NCBI GenBank assembly: GCA_963837955.1
Contig: CAWIPH010000002.1
Location: forward strand, 736,001 to 800,000
Length of the DNA: 64,000 bases
Source of the DNA: an uncultured Verrucomicrobiae bacterium
GTDB taxonomy: Bacteria; Verrucomicrobiota; Verrucomicrobiia; Chthoniobacterales; JAFAMB01
Direction of reading: 5' to 3'
Positions 1 through 9,943 of the stretch are shown in pieces. The position numbers and the translations under genes were made by a program. The notes under the pieces were generated by a model. The model was not told where the DNA came from, searched no databases, and saw only the letters and a program-made list of their open reading frames with translations. Every line of letters starts with the position of its first letter. Position 1 is the first letter of the stretch.

Positions 1-1019
1 CCGCGGAAGCTTCGGCCATAGGAGCTATCTCCCGGTGCGATCAATCGTATGCTGCGACTCAAGCCAACGGTACCCGCCGGAAGAACTAAGTTGCTGCCGC
101 TCTTTACGACTTGCGGAAAAGGCGCGCCAAAAACCGGCGTACTTTGCAGCGACCCTATGACATTCCCGGCAAAATACTGTCCGTTATCGATGAGATTTTG
201 AGTAGGCCGGTTAAATCCATTGTTCTCCGTGTAGGTAGCAAAAAAAAGGTCTGCGTTTAACTCTAGTTTGTATTTATCGCTAGGGATCCAGGTGAGAGCG
301 GCGAATATCGAGTGGGCGTCGTAGACCTGGTTTTCGTAATAGCTGCCGGAATCTTCTCCGGAATAACTGATGCGAAACGCGAGCTTCTCAGGAATAATGG
401 GACCGCCAACGTCGATATTCCATCGATATTGTTCGTACATGCCGACAGTCGCGCTTATCGCCGCCTGCAGTCGATCAAAGTACGGTTGTTTGGTGACAAA
501 ATTGAAATACCCTCCGACGTAGTTGGAAGCACCGTAAACCACCCCGGGCGGTCCCTTGACGATGTCTACCGAATCGAAGGCATTGAAATCGATCGGCATC
601 CCGTTTCCATTGCTGGTCAAGCCTTCGCGCATACCGTTGATAAACACGTCGGCGGTTTGTCCGCGGATGCTCGGATTCGATGGGGCGCCGAAGTTTGTTT
701 GGGTAAAGCTGCTCGTGGTGAGCTTAGTAAAGTCGCGCACGCTCCTAACGCTGATATCATCTAGCTGAGCGCGAGAAATAATCGTGACGTTGCGAGGGAT
801 ATCCATGACGTTCAAATCGAGTCCATATACCGCACTGGTCGGGCGGATTGTGGGGACGATCGCCTCGTTGATCGGAATCTGCGCACCGGTCACCACGATC
901 TCCTGGAGAGTGCCTCCTGAGCTTGTGGTCGAGGTTTGGTCTTGGGCTTGAGTTAACTGACTCAGACCAAAAAATAGGATCAAGCTGGAGAGTGGAATCT
1001 CCGCCAATCGTTGGATCAT
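1..1019 (-). CDS. TonB-dependent receptor, N-terminal part (runs off window start)
   Basis: Not in ORF track (no stop in window). Manual translation from ATG 1019 (AAGGAG upstream): MIQRLAEIPLSSLILFFGLSQLTQAQD...LQEIVVTGAQ...DIPRNVTIISRAQLDD...SIRGQ...VFING...SVDIVKGPPGVVYG, i.e. signal peptide, TonB box and plug-domain motifs. Confidence 0.9.
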   Translation of the reverse strand, partial: MIQRLAEIPLSSLILFFGLSQLTQAQDQTSTTSSGGTLQEIVVTGAQIPINEAIVPTIRPTSAVYGLDLNVMDIPRNVTIISRAQLDDISVRSVRDFTKLTTSSFTQTNFGAPSNPSIRGQTADVFINGMREGLTSNGNGMPIDFNAFDSVDIVKGPPGVVYGASNYVGGYFNFVTKQPYFDRLQAAISATVGMYEQYRWNIDVGGPIIPEKLAFRISYSGEDSGSYYENQVYDAHSIFAALTWIPSDKYKLELNADLFFATYTENNGFNRPTQNLIDNGQYFAGNVIGSLQSTPVFGAPFPQVVKSGSNLVLPAGTVGLSRSIRLIAPGDSSYGRSFR

Positions 1020-1102
1020 GAATTGAGCTCCTTGTCTAATTTCTCTTAAGGTTTTGGCCGCTGGCTGCAACGCCTGCGGGGTAAAGGCAATCGAGGTCCC
1101 GG

Positions 1103-1118
1103 AGCACCGTTCATGCCA
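1103..1118 (-). promoter_or_regulatory. Putative sigma-54 (-24/-12) promoter for the TonB receptor
   Basis: Minus strand reads TGGCATGAACGGTGCT (GG-N10-GC), about 85 bp upstream of the ATG. Confidence 0.55.
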
Positions 1119-1333
1119 GCTGCTTGCCTTTTATGCTCTGGTTTCCTTGGCTGATTGTTTTGGCCGGGCTATTGCTCATTTCGGCAAAGCGAAAGCCGTC
1201 TTACCGATGCGTAAATGGCTTGAGCCGTTGGCTTTTAGAGAAAGAATAACCAAAGCGACGAGCAATATTTTTCACAGAAATGCGCCGCGAATGCGTGAAT
1301 TCGAGCATTATTCGCTACCGCCATAGGCGGAGT

Positions 1334-1370
1334 GCACAAATTTCGACAGCCTTTGCCCTGAAATTTGTGC
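1334..1370. promoter_or_regulatory. Inverted repeat (activator binding site or terminator-like hairpin)
   Basis: GCACAAATTTC-N15-GAAATTTGTGC between the ABC permease stop and the TonB receptor promoter. Confidence 0.4.
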
Positions 1371-1422
1371 GACGCGAATGAATCCGCGGGCGAGACCTAC
1401 CGTTGCCGCTTGGTGCAGAGCG

Positions 1423-2184
1423 TCAACGAGTTTTCTGCCGCCAGGGGATCAGCACCGATTCCAGCCAACGAGAAATTAGATAGGCTGCGGCAGACAGGAG
1501 CGCGATGATGACGTTAGCGGCCCAAAGCCGGTCGCCACGATGATCGTTCATTGCCTCGGTGAGGAGATATCCGAGCCCTTGCCGAGAAAAGAAGAACTCG
1601 GCAATGACTGCCGCGATGATGCTGCTCGTAAATGCGATTTCATGGGCGGCGACGTAGTAGGGTAGAGCATTCGGCCAGAGCACATACCGGAACCGTTGCC
1701 AGCGGGTCGCGTGCAGCGTCTGAAAACGGCCTAGAAGATTTGGATCAACCTCCTCAAAGCCTTTCATGAGGTTGGCAAGCAACGGGTGAAAACAGATCAG
1801 GATTACGACCAGGATTCGCGGTGTGGGCGAGTCACCGAAAGTAATTATCAAGAGGCTCGCGACCGAAACGATCGGAAGATTCTTTACGACGATTACCCAA
1901 GGAGTGGCCAACGATCGCAACCAACCCAGATAAAGAAAAGAGATAGCTAACAGGATCGCGATGACGTTGGCCAAAAGATAGCCAGCCAGCGCGGTTCCCA
2001 AGGTCACTGCAGCGTTATACAGGAGATCTGGCCATTCCTTGACCATGATCAGAACGACGACATGAGGCGGCGGTAGGACGATCGGCGGGAGCTGGCCAAT
2101 CCAGATCACACCGTACCAAATCGCAGCGGCCGAAGCCAAAAATAGGAGGACGGCCGTGCGCCTATTCATAGATGAGCCGTTCAA
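1423..2184 (-). CDS. ABC transporter permease, NitT/TauT (SsuC-like) family
   Basis: Hydrophobic 253 aa with LPPP near the N-terminus and a P.ALPY...AE...GLGYL segment; overlaps the ATPase stop. Confidence 0.9.
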   Translation of the reverse strand: MNGSSMNRRTAVLLFLASAAAIWYGVIWIGQLPPIVLPPPHVVVLIMVKEWPDLLYNAAVTLGTALAGYLLANVIAILLAISFLYLGWLRSLATPWVIVVKNLPIVSVASLLIITFGDSPTPRILVVILICFHPLLANLMKGFEEVDPNLLGRFQTLHATRWQRFRYVLWPNALPYYVAAHEIAFTSSIIAAVIAEFFFSRQGLGYLLTEAMNDHRGDRLWAANVIIALLSAAAYLISRWLESVLIPWRQKTR

Positions 2185-2930
2185 ACCGCTGCCGCTCGAT
2201 GTAAAGCCTCCCGGGTTCGTTTTACCAAGCCCAGATAGCTGTCCGACTGTCGGACCTCAAAATCTCGAAGAGTAGGCAAATCGACTCGAATGGTATCGGC
2301 GATGGTAGCGGGACGCTGAGACATCACGATGATTCGATCCGACAAAGTGACGGCTTCTTCAACGCTATGAGTGACCAGGATTGCCGTCCTGCGCGCTTCT
2401 CGGAGTACGCCGGCGAGCCAATCTACTAACCGTTCCCGGGTAAGTTCGTCGAGAGCTCCGAATGGCTCATCCAGCAGCAGAAGCGAAGGTTGATGCACCA
2501 GCGCGCAGGCGATATTCACTCGTTGCTGCATTCCGCCGGAGAGCTGATGGGGAAACTGGTTTAGCGCCTGATCCAGACCGAAGTGACATAGTAACTCTGA
2601 AGGTTCAAGCGCCCTTTCCGGTCCCGTAATTTTAACTGTGAGCTGGACGTTTTGCAGGGCAGTTCGTGATGGGACCAGGGCGGGCCGCTGAAATGCTACG
2701 CCGATTTCGTGAGCGGCGCAGGCTGCGGCTGGAAGTTTGCCGAAAATCTTGATGGTCCCCGAAGTCGGCTCGTCCAATCCTGCACACAGGCGGAGCAAAG
2801 TTGTTTTTCCGCAACCAGACGAACCTATTAAGGAGACAAACTCTCCCTCATGCATAGTCAGGTCGAACGGAGCGATGATCTGCTGTTGCCCGAACGATTT
2901 ACTAACTGAAGTCGCTTCTACTGCCGGCAT
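2181..2930 (-). CDS. ABC transporter ATP-binding protein, NitT/TauT family
   Basis: Walker A GSSGCGKT, signature LSGGMQQR, Walker B LLLLDEPFGALD, VTH switch. Confidence 0.95.
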   Translation of the reverse strand: MPAVEATSVSKSFGQQQIIAPFDLTMHEGEFVSLIGSSGCGKTTLLRLCAGLDEPTSGTIKIFGKLPAAACAAHEIGVAFQRPALVPSRTALQNVQLTVKITGPERALEPSELLCHFGLDQALNQFPHQLSGGMQQRVNIACALVHQPSLLLLDEPFGALDELTRERLVDWLAGVLREARRTAILVTHSVEEAVTLSDRIIVMSQRPATIADTIRVDLPTLRDFEVRQSDSYLGLVKRTREALHRAAAV

Positions 2931-2940
2931 ACTGTTCCGG

Positions 2941-4035
2941 CTATTCCGGGATAATCACGCCATACTCAATCATCAGAGCAGCTGAATTGTTCCAAACATC
3001 ACCGGCCATCCAGAGAGGTGGTTGCCCGTCGTGTCCGAGCACAAGATCTCGCTCGAGTTGGAACCTGCGAAGCACCAAGTCTCGATTCAATGTGGCATCT
3101 TTGCCGTAGCGGACGGTGATATCGGCTGTTTCCTCCGGATGATCTAAGTAAAACTGGATCGCTTGCGACAGAGCGTAAACGTATCGCGTGACTAAGCCGG
3201 GGTTTTGTTCGGCCAGCGCTTTCTTAACGACCGAAACATCGCAATGTTCGTTCCACCCCAAATCCTTGAACCGAAGCCCGGTCCAATTCTTGTGGCCATC
3301 CTGCTCTAGAAATCGCGGTTGATTCTGGACCCAGGCAGCATAGAAATCGACCGCTCCACTGACCAGCGGATCGGCAGTAAATCCGGCACGCATCAATTTC
3401 ACCTTATCAGACGGCAAATGATACTTTTGGAAAAGGAACCGCGCGTATATCTCGCCATCCGCTTGAATGCCAACCGTCTTGCCCACGACGTCCTCGGGTT
3501 TGAGTTGAAGCGCCGAGGGCTGATCGCTGGGAACTGATTTATCCAGCGCGATCCAGTCGTACGGACTGTCCTTCAGTAATGTACAAATAGCGGTGACCTT
3601 TGCGCCGGTCGGGCTGGCGATCAACGAGACGACAAAATCACCCCCTGCACTCACTGCAACTTCGAGCGACCCGGCAGCGAGCAAAGTCAGCTGATCCTTT
3701 CCCGGACCTCCAGGCACGAGCTCTGCATCGATGCCCATATCCCGGAAATATCCCTTTTCGACCGCGACATACCACAATGCCGATTCATCATTCAGTATCC
3801 AAGGCATCCCAATTCGGACCTTGTCGGCGGAAGCCGGTACGCTTGGCCGTTCCGCAGCCGCCTTCTTTAAGAACTCGTTGGAAAAATAGGATTCTGCCGG
3901 GATTTTTTGCCGAACTTTGGCCAGAGCATCCTCGTAGGAAAGATTGGCTTGTTGTTTCTGGGAGTCACAGCTGCTCAACCAACCCGCGCCCAGTATGCAG
4001 AGAAAGGAAAGATAACACCGCCAAGGAAGTCGCAT
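2941..4035 (-). CDS. ABC substrate-binding lipoprotein, NMT1/THI5-like (probably purine/nucleoside binding)
   Basis: Lipobox-like WLSSC, then YVAVEKGYFRDMGIDAELVPGGPG typical of NMT1-family binding proteins; cluster context. Confidence 0.85.
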   Translation of the reverse strand: MRLPWRCYLSFLCILGAGWLSSCDSQKQQANLSYEDALAKVRQKIPAESYFSNEFLKKAAAERPSVPASADKVRIGMPWILNDESALWYVAVEKGYFRDMGIDAELVPGGPGKDQLTLLAAGSLEVAVSAGGDFVVSLIASPTGAKVTAICTLLKDSPYDWIALDKSVPSDQPSALQLKPEDVVGKTVGIQADGEIYARFLFQKYHLPSDKVKLMRAGFTADPLVSGAVDFYAAWVQNQPRFLEQDGHKNWTGLRFKDLGWNEHCDVSVVKKALAEQNPGLVTRYVYALSQAIQFYLDHPEETADITVRYGKDATLNRDLVLRRFQLERDLVLGHDGQPPLWMAGDVWNNSAALMIEYGVIIPE

Positions 4036-4068
4036 GTAAGGAGTAGTCAGAAAATGTGTTGGATGTTT

Positions 4069-4084
4069 AGCAGCATTTGTACCG
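4069..4084 (-). promoter_or_regulatory. Putative sigma-54 promoter for the ABC operon
   Basis: Minus strand CGGTACAAATGCTGCT (GG-N10-GC), 33 bp upstream of the binding-protein ATG. Confidence 0.45.
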
Positions 4085-4285
4085 CCGGATGAATAATAAA
4101 GTATTCTTTCTCGTCATTCGATCCTGATTCTGAGGGTTGCACCTGCGCAACGAAGTGTTCGCCTTCGACGGTAGTCAAAAGCAACGCGACGAATTATCGA
4201 CTGCGCCATCGCCCGATTCGAAGGTGAAAATCAGATGCACAAACAAAGATCTGGAATACAAGTCGCTCTTTCCAGGGCTCTGACC

Positions 4286-5530
4286 ATGCTGATAGAAATA
4301 GATTTAGAACGGATTCAGTCCGAGATTGACGAACTGGCCAAAATTTCCGAAGCCCCTCCGCCGGTAGTGACCCGAGTACTTTTCTCAACAGCCGACCGGC
4401 AAGCCCGTGCGTTTATCCGGGAGCGCTGTTCGGATCTGGGTCTGGCTCTTCGGGAAGATGCAGTTGGTAACGTTTTCGCTCGCTGGGAGGGTGCAGATCC
4501 CGATCTGCCGGCCGTTGCGACGGGATCGCACATCGACGCGATTCCAAATGCCGGAAAGTATGATGGCGTGGTTGGAGTTCTTGGCGCTCTTGGAGCGATT
4601 CGTGGATTGAAGCGGGCGGGCTTCGCGCCCAAACGTTCAATCGAGCTTGTGATTTTCACTGCGGAGGAACCGACCCGATTTGGCATCGGCTGTTTAGGCA
4701 GCCGATTACTTGGCGGCGTCTTGTCCCCGGAACAGGCTCTCCAGCTGACGGACGCTAATGGCATGCAGTTGGCTGATTGGTTGAAGGAGGTTTACGGTGA
4801 ACCCGGCGATCTTCACTCCGTTCGGTTAGTTCCTAACTTTTATTCCGCGTTTATAGAGTTGCATATTGAGCAAGGACCACTTCTCGAGCGGCAGCGAATC
4901 GATTTGGGTGTCGTAGAACAGATTGCTGCTCCCGCTACGCTCCGCGTGGATTTGAGTGGCGAAGGGGGGCATGCCGGCGCGGTGCTTATGCCAGACCGGC
5001 ACGATGCGTTGTTGGCGGGAGCAGAAATCGCCTTAGCGGTCGAAAGCGCAGCAAAGGAAAGTGAGAGCCCGGACACGGTCGGAACCACGGGTGTATTTCG
5101 GGTTGAACCGGGTGCGGTTAATAGCGTGCCGTACCGTGCCTTGCTCGAGATCGATCTGCGCGACACCAGGCTTTCGACCAGAGATATAGCGCTGCAGCGG
5201 ATTCGCGAAAACATTGCGGCGATAGTTCATCGTCGGGGCGTGGAAGCACACTTAGTTGTCATCAACCAGGATTCTCCGGCTGTCTGTGATGCGTCTCTCG
5301 TACAGGCGGCACTGCACACAGCGGCACGTCTTGGTTTATCCGCCCGCCGCATAGTCAGTCGAGCCTATCATGACTCGCTCTTTATGGCACAGATCTGTCC
5401 GATGACGATGCTATTCATTCCGTGCCGCAACGGAATCAGTCATCGTCCGGACGAGTACGCGTCCCCCGAAGCTGTTTACAAAGGTACGTTGGCGTTAGCT
5501 CATCTATTAGAGCGCCTTGCCGATGGTTAA
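4286..5530 (+). CDS. M20-family amidohydrolase, plant-type ureidoglycolate amidohydrolase-like
   Basis: GSHIDAIP, GKYDGVVGVLG, EEPTRFGIGCLGSRLL, ELHIEQGP, SRAYHDSLFMA, SHRPDEY. ATG 4286 preferred over 4235. Confidence 0.85.
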   Translation: MLIEIDLERIQSEIDELAKISEAPPPVVTRVLFSTADRQARAFIRERCSDLGLALREDAVGNVFARWEGADPDLPAVATGSHIDAIPNAGKYDGVVGVLGALGAIRGLKRAGFAPKRSIELVIFTAEEPTRFGIGCLGSRLLGGVLSPEQALQLTDANGMQLADWLKEVYGEPGDLHSVRLVPNFYSAFIELHIEQGPLLERQRIDLGVVEQIAAPATLRVDLSGEGGHAGAVLMPDRHDALLAGAEIALAVESAAKESESPDTVGTTGVFRVEPGAVNSVPYRALLEIDLRDTRLSTRDIALQRIRENIAAIVHRRGVEAHLVVINQDSPAVCDASLVQAALHTAARLGLSARRIVSRAYHDSLFMAQICPMTMLFIPCRNGISHRPDEYASPEAVYKGTLALAHLLERLADG

Positions 5531-5580
5531 CGTACAAAATCATTTACGAAAAAGGCTCCATGCGCATTTTTTACGGGTAA

Positions 5581-8500
5581 TTGATTTGCGCCAGATTCCG
5601 AGTCCACTCAATAGTAACTTCTGTGCATCAGATTTCTCGTGAGGTAGCGACCTCCTTTTCGTTTGAGCTAAACGGAAAGCTGCGAACCGTCCAAGGCCTT
5701 GCTACCAATCTTACTCTCCTGCAGTATTTGCGGAACGAGGGCTTGGTCGGATCCAAGGAAGGCTGCGCAGAAGGGGATTGCGGTGCCTGTTCAGTAGTTG
5801 TCCTTGAGTTTTTGCCCGATGGAAAATCGGTTTATCGCGCGATTAATAGTTGTCTGATTCCGTTGCCTTCGCTCGCTGGACGCAAGGTTGTTACGGTAGA
5901 AGGCCTGTCATCAGAGAAAGGGGATCTTCACCCGGTGCAGCGCGTCTTAGTCGACCGGCACGGTTCCCAATGCGGCTATTGCACGCCCGGGTTTGTAATG
6001 TCCCTATTCGAGGCTTATCACCGCTGTGATCTACGCTCCGCATGGCAGATCGACGATCAGCTTTGCGGTAATCTTTGCCGCTGCACCGGTTACCGTCCGA
6101 TTCGTGAGGCAGCGCTGGCCGTACTCACTTCAAGGGATCAACCATCCGCTCACATTTCCATAGAGTGTGACCGAGAACGATCGAAATCCGCGATCGAGTA
6201 CGAATGCGAGAACCACTTATTTTTCCGACCAACCGATCTAAGAGCACTGCTCGAAAAAGTTAAAGAATTTCCTGAAGCGACCCTCTTGGCCGGCGGAACC
6301 GAACTCGGGTTGGCCATTACGAAGCGTTTTCAATCTTTTCCGGTGCTGATTTCTATCGAAGCGGTTCCCGAACTGCGCGCGATTGGCTGCAATGAGACTG
6401 AATGGCAAATTGGCGCCGCGGTCACGCTGACGGATGTATGGGACCACTTGGGTGCCGAGTTCCCGCCTTTGGCGGAAATGCTTCGCTGGTTTGGCTCTCG
6501 CCAAATTCGGAACCGAGCGACGTTAGGAGGCAACTTAGTGACCGCCTCGCCCATCGGCGATTCCGCTCCCGTATTCCTCAGTCTGGACGCTGAAATAGTC
6601 ATCGCCTCTCTCGAAGGCCAGCGTCGTTTACCACTATCCGAGTTTTTTGTTAGTTATCGAAAAACCGCTCTTCGTGAGGGCGAGATTGTTCAAGAGATCA
6701 TTTTGCCGCGTTCGCGCCCGGTTTCGGTCGAGAATAGAGCCTGGTGTCAATTTTATAAAGTATCTCGTCGACGGGAGATGGACATCAGCACGGTGGCAAG
6801 TTGTTTTCGGATCGAGTTGGATTCAGCAAAGCGAGTCAACCTCGCTCGCATTGCCTACGGTGGAGTTGCGCTAACACCGGTCCGCGCCAAGAAGGTCGAG
6901 GAAGCGGTCCTCGGAAAACTCTGGAATGACGAAACAGTACGGATGGTTCTGCCATTACTTCAGTCTTCCTTCGACCCGATTTCCGATGTGCGGGGCAGTG
7001 CCGAATATCGGCGTTCGCTCGTGTCAGAGCTCTTTCTGAAATTCTTTGAAGAAACCCAATCCGGATTCCAATTGCTGAAGACGAATGAAGAGTTGGTGTG
7101 GCACGCCGATGGCGGCGAACTCTCTCCCCCGCATGAGAGCGCCCATAAGCATGTGTCAGGCCGGGCGCTTTACGTTGACGACGAGATTCCTTTGCGCGAG
7201 CACCTGGAGGTCTGGCCGGTTTGTGCGCCGCACGCCCACGCAAAGATTCTGCGACGAGATGCTTCGCGAGCTCGGTTGATGCCCGGAGTGAAAGCCGTTT
7301 TGCTGGCAGAAGATATTCCTGGATTGAACGATGTTGGTACCGTTCGACATGATGAGCCGCTTCTAGCGGCCGATGAAGTCTTATATCACGGCCAGCTGGT
7401 AGCCTTGATCGTAGGCGAAAGTGAGGATTGGTGTAGGCGGGCGGCTGAGGCGCTACAAATAGAGTACATGCCGTTACCTGCAATTTTGTCCATCGCTGAT
7501 GCGATTGAGGCGAACTCGTATCATACCGAACCCAACTATATTTGGCGCGGCGATGTTAATCGGGCGATGAGGGAGGCGCCCTTGTGGTTAGAAGGCTCTT
7601 TCTTTATCGGCGGCCAAGACCATTTCTATCTGGAAACCCAGGTTGCTTACGCGAAGCCAGGCGAAGACGGATCGGTGTTTGTTCAGTCATCGACCCAGCA
7701 CCCGTCCGAGATTCAACATATCGTCGGCCACGTTTTAGGTGTTCCTTCAAATCATGTCGTGGTCGAAGCGCCTCGAATGGGTGGTGGATTTGGAGGCAAG
7801 GAAACGCAAGGCGCTATCAATGCAGGGTTAGCGGCGTTGGCCGCATTCCACACGGGTCAACCTGTTCGGGTTCGTTGGAACCGTGATCAAGACATGATGA
7901 TCACTGGAAAGCGCCACCCCTTCCTGGCCAACTTCGAGGTGGGATTCAATCCCCGGGGCGAGATTCTTGCGATTCGAGTGGGCATGGTTTCCGACGGTGG
8001 ATGGTCGCTCGATCTCTCGACCGCGGTCACCGATCGATCGCTATTTCATTTAGACAATGCCTATTACCTGCCAAATGTGGAGTTTTCCGGACAGGTAGCG
8101 AAAACACATGTCGCTTCGAATACCGCATTTCGCGGCTTTGGTGGACCGCAGGGGATGCTGGTGATCGAGGAGATCATCGACAGGATAGCGCGGCGACTTG
8201 GACTGCGACCAGAGGTGGTGCGTGAGCGAAACCTGTACCACGGAAGCGGCGAGACTAACACCACGCCTTATGGACAGGATGTCGGGGATAACCGAATTCA
8301 ACGGGTCTGGCGGGAGCTGATTGCTTCGAGCGAATTCGCGTCCCGTCAAAGAGATATCGATGCGTGGAACCAGCGGCAATCTTCGCGGAAGCGCGGTTTG
8401 GCGATTACCCCGGTGAAGTTTGGGATATCGTTCACCGCTACCCAGTTCAATCAGGCGGGCGCACTTGTTCTAATCTACCAGGACGGAAGCGTGCAGGTAA

Positions 8501-9429
8501 ATCATGGCGGGACGGAAATGGGGCAAGGAATTCACACGAACATTCAGACCATTGCTGCTCGGGAACTCGGTCTCACGGCCGATCGAATCCGCGTGATGTC
8601 GACGCGGACCGACAAGGTGCCAAACACCTCAGCAACGGCGGCCAGCTCCGGCACGGATCTTAACGGGGCCGCCGTGCGCAATGCCTGTCGCGACCTCGTT
8701 GGACGGCTGCGACCGATTGCTCTTGAGTTATTGTCTGAGAGAATCGGTCGACCGGTCGAGCAGATTAGTTTTCGAGAGAATAAGATTTTTGCTGGTCCAG
8801 ACGAGAGCGTGTTCCTGGATTTCGCTGAGCTGGTCTCAAAGGCTTATTTTCAAAGAGTGAGTTTGGCTGCAACCGGATATTACCGCACTCCCGGGATCAG
8901 CTGGGATCGCGCGCTAGGTAAAGGCAGGCCATTTCATTATTATGCGATCGGGGCCGCCGTAACCGAGGTGGAAGTGGACTCGCGGACTGGTGGGTTCCAA
9001 TTGCTGCGCACGGATATCTTACACGATGTCGGAACCTCAATTAACACCGGGATTAACCGTGGACAGGTCGAAGGCGGCTTTATCCAGGGCCTGGGCTGGT
9101 TAACAACCGAGGAATTGGTTTGGGACAAAGACGGTTGCTTGCTAACTCATTCACCAGATACTTACAAAATTCCGGCTATTGGAGATATTCCAAAAGACTT
9201 TCGAGTGGCTTTCCTAACCGAGGCCGAGCAGCCCGGGAATATCTATGGCAGCAAAGCCGTCGGCGAACCGCCTCTGATGCTGGCGATCTCTGTGCGTGAA
9301 GCGATTCGAGATGCGGTCGCAGCGTTCGGATCTGGCCCTGATCCGGTATTACTGAAATCACCAGCAACAGGTGAAGCTATTTTTATGGCTATACGGGAGC
9401 GGAGGGGGCGACCCGATAGTAAGCAGTAA
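5581..9429 (+). CDS. xdhAB: Xanthine dehydrogenase, fused XdhA-XdhB single polypeptide (start may be GTG 5623)
   Basis: 2Fe-2S motifs GSKEGCAEGDCGAC, QCGYCTPG and GNLCRCTGY; FAD domain LAGGT...QIRNRATLGGN; Moco domain GGGFGGKE, AFRGFGGPQG, SKAVGEPP, all in one frame. Confidence 0.95.
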   Translation: MICARFRVHSIVTSVHQISREVATSFSFELNGKLRTVQGLATNLTLLQYLRNEGLVGSKEGCAEGDCGACSVVVLEFLPDGKSVYRAINSCLIPLPSLAGRKVVTVEGLSSEKGDLHPVQRVLVDRHGSQCGYCTPGFVMSLFEAYHRCDLRSAWQIDDQLCGNLCRCTGYRPIREAALAVLTSRDQPSAHISIECDRERSKSAIEYECENHLFFRPTDLRALLEKVKEFPEATLLAGGTELGLAITKRFQSFPVLISIEAVPELRAIGCNETEWQIGAAVTLTDVWDHLGAEFPPLAEMLRWFGSRQIRNRATLGGNLVTASPIGDSAPVFLSLDAEIVIASLEGQRRLPLSEFFVSYRKTALREGEIVQEIILPRSRPVSVENRAWCQFYKVSRRREMDISTVASCFRIELDSAKRVNLARIAYGGVALTPVRAKKVEEAVLGKLWNDETVRMVLPLLQSSFDPISDVRGSAEYRRSLVSELFLKFFEETQSGFQLLKTNEELVWHADGGELSPPHESAHKHVSGRALYVDDEIPLREHLEVWPVCAPHAHAKILRRDASRARLMPGVKAVLLAEDIPGLNDVGTVRHDEPLLAADEVLYHGQLVALIVGESEDWCRRAAEALQIEYMPLPAILSIADAIEANSYHTEPNYIWRGDVNRAMREAPLWLEGSFFIGGQDHFYLETQVAYAKPGEDGSVFVQSSTQHPSEIQHIVGHVLGVPSNHVVVEAPRMGGGFGGKETQGAINAGLAALAAFHTGQPVRVRWNRDQDMMITGKRHPFLANFEVGFNPRGEILAIRVGMVSDGGWSLDLSTAVTDRSLFHLDNAYYLPNVEFSGQVAKTHVASNTAFRGFGGPQGMLVIEEIIDRIARRLGLRPEVVRERNLYHGSGETNTTPYGQDVGDNRIQRVWRELIASSEFASRQRDIDAWNQRQSSRKRGLAITPVKFGISFTATQFNQAGALVLIYQDGSVQVNHGGTEMGQGIHTNIQTIAARELGLTADRIRVMSTRTDKVPNTSATAASSGTDLNGAAVRNACRDLVGRLRPIALELLSERIGRPVEQISFRENKIFAGPDESVFLDFAELVSKAYFQRVSLAATGYYRTPGISWDRALGKGRPFHYYAIGAAVTEVEVDSRTGGFQLLRTDILHDVGTSINTGINRGQVEGGFIQGLGWLTTEELVWDKDGCLLTHSPDTYKIPAIGDIPKDFRVAFLTEAEQPGNIYGSKAVGEPPLMLAISVREAIRDAVAAFGSGPDPVLLKSPATGEAIFMAIRERRGRPDSKQ

Positions 9430-9542
9430 GCAGTAAGCAGTAAGCAGTAAGCAGTAAGCAGTAAGCGGGAGCAGTAAGCCGGGAGCCGGGAGCCGGGAGC
9501 CGGGAGCCGGGAGCCGGGAGCCGGGAGCCGGGAGCCGGGAAC
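9418..9542. repeat. Two abutting heptamer tandem arrays: (AGTAAGC)x7+1 and (CGGGAGC)x8+1 degenerate
   Basis: Counted directly; the array starts inside the last codons of xdh. Confidence 0.95.
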
Positions 9543-9547
9543 CTGAC

Positions 9548-9861
9548 ACGCCGAAGGCGTTAAAGGACTCAGCCCGGGGTGGAGGCTTTGCGTAACCCCG
9601 GGTTACCTAAAAAATGCGTGTCCGCTCTGAAAGAGCGCAAGAAGTCTTCGAAGGAACTTGGTTACGGCAGCAACAATCCGTAGAGGCCGACGCTAGGTAA
9701 GAGGATCTAGAAGGGGCGTTCATGCCCTCGATGGAGCCGGTAATTGAGCGCCGTTCTGCCAGATGGTCTTACGCTCTTTCAGAGCGGGCGCGCATTTTTG
9801 GGGTTACCCGGGGTTGCGCAAAGCCTCCACCCCGGGCTGAGTCCTCTAACGCCTTCGGCGT
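9548..9861. repeat. Long inverted repeat (~95 bp arms, 9548-9642 / 9767-9861), REPIN/MITE-like
   Basis: ACGCCGAAGGCGTTAAAGGACTCAGCCCGGGGTGGAGGCTTTGCG...GCTCTGAAAGAGCGCAAGA matches the reverse complement of 9767-9861 with about 8 mismatches; arms contain short internal palindromes. Confidence 0.9.
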
Positions 9862-9943
9862 ACCTGGCGTATCCGACACGCCGGGCGGGTTTGTTGTGAC
9901 GATCGACAACGCAACGGCATACCCCCGGCTCCCTGCTTACCGC

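Noticed and set aside
240..247. A8 homopolymer in the TonB receptor gene as a frameshift
   Set aside because: The reading frame stays open through it (DLFFATY).
312..764. Plus-strand 150-aa ORF
   Set aside because: Antisense shadow of the TonB receptor gene.
1020..1420. Purine or cobalamin riboswitch ahead of the TonB receptor
   Set aside because: No recognisable aptamer consensus by eye; an Rfam scan would be needed to exclude it.
9418..9542. Possible CRISPR array or repeat-protein ORF (9358..9549)
   Set aside because: Contiguous 7-mers with no spacers and no cas genes; the ORF is just the translated repeat.
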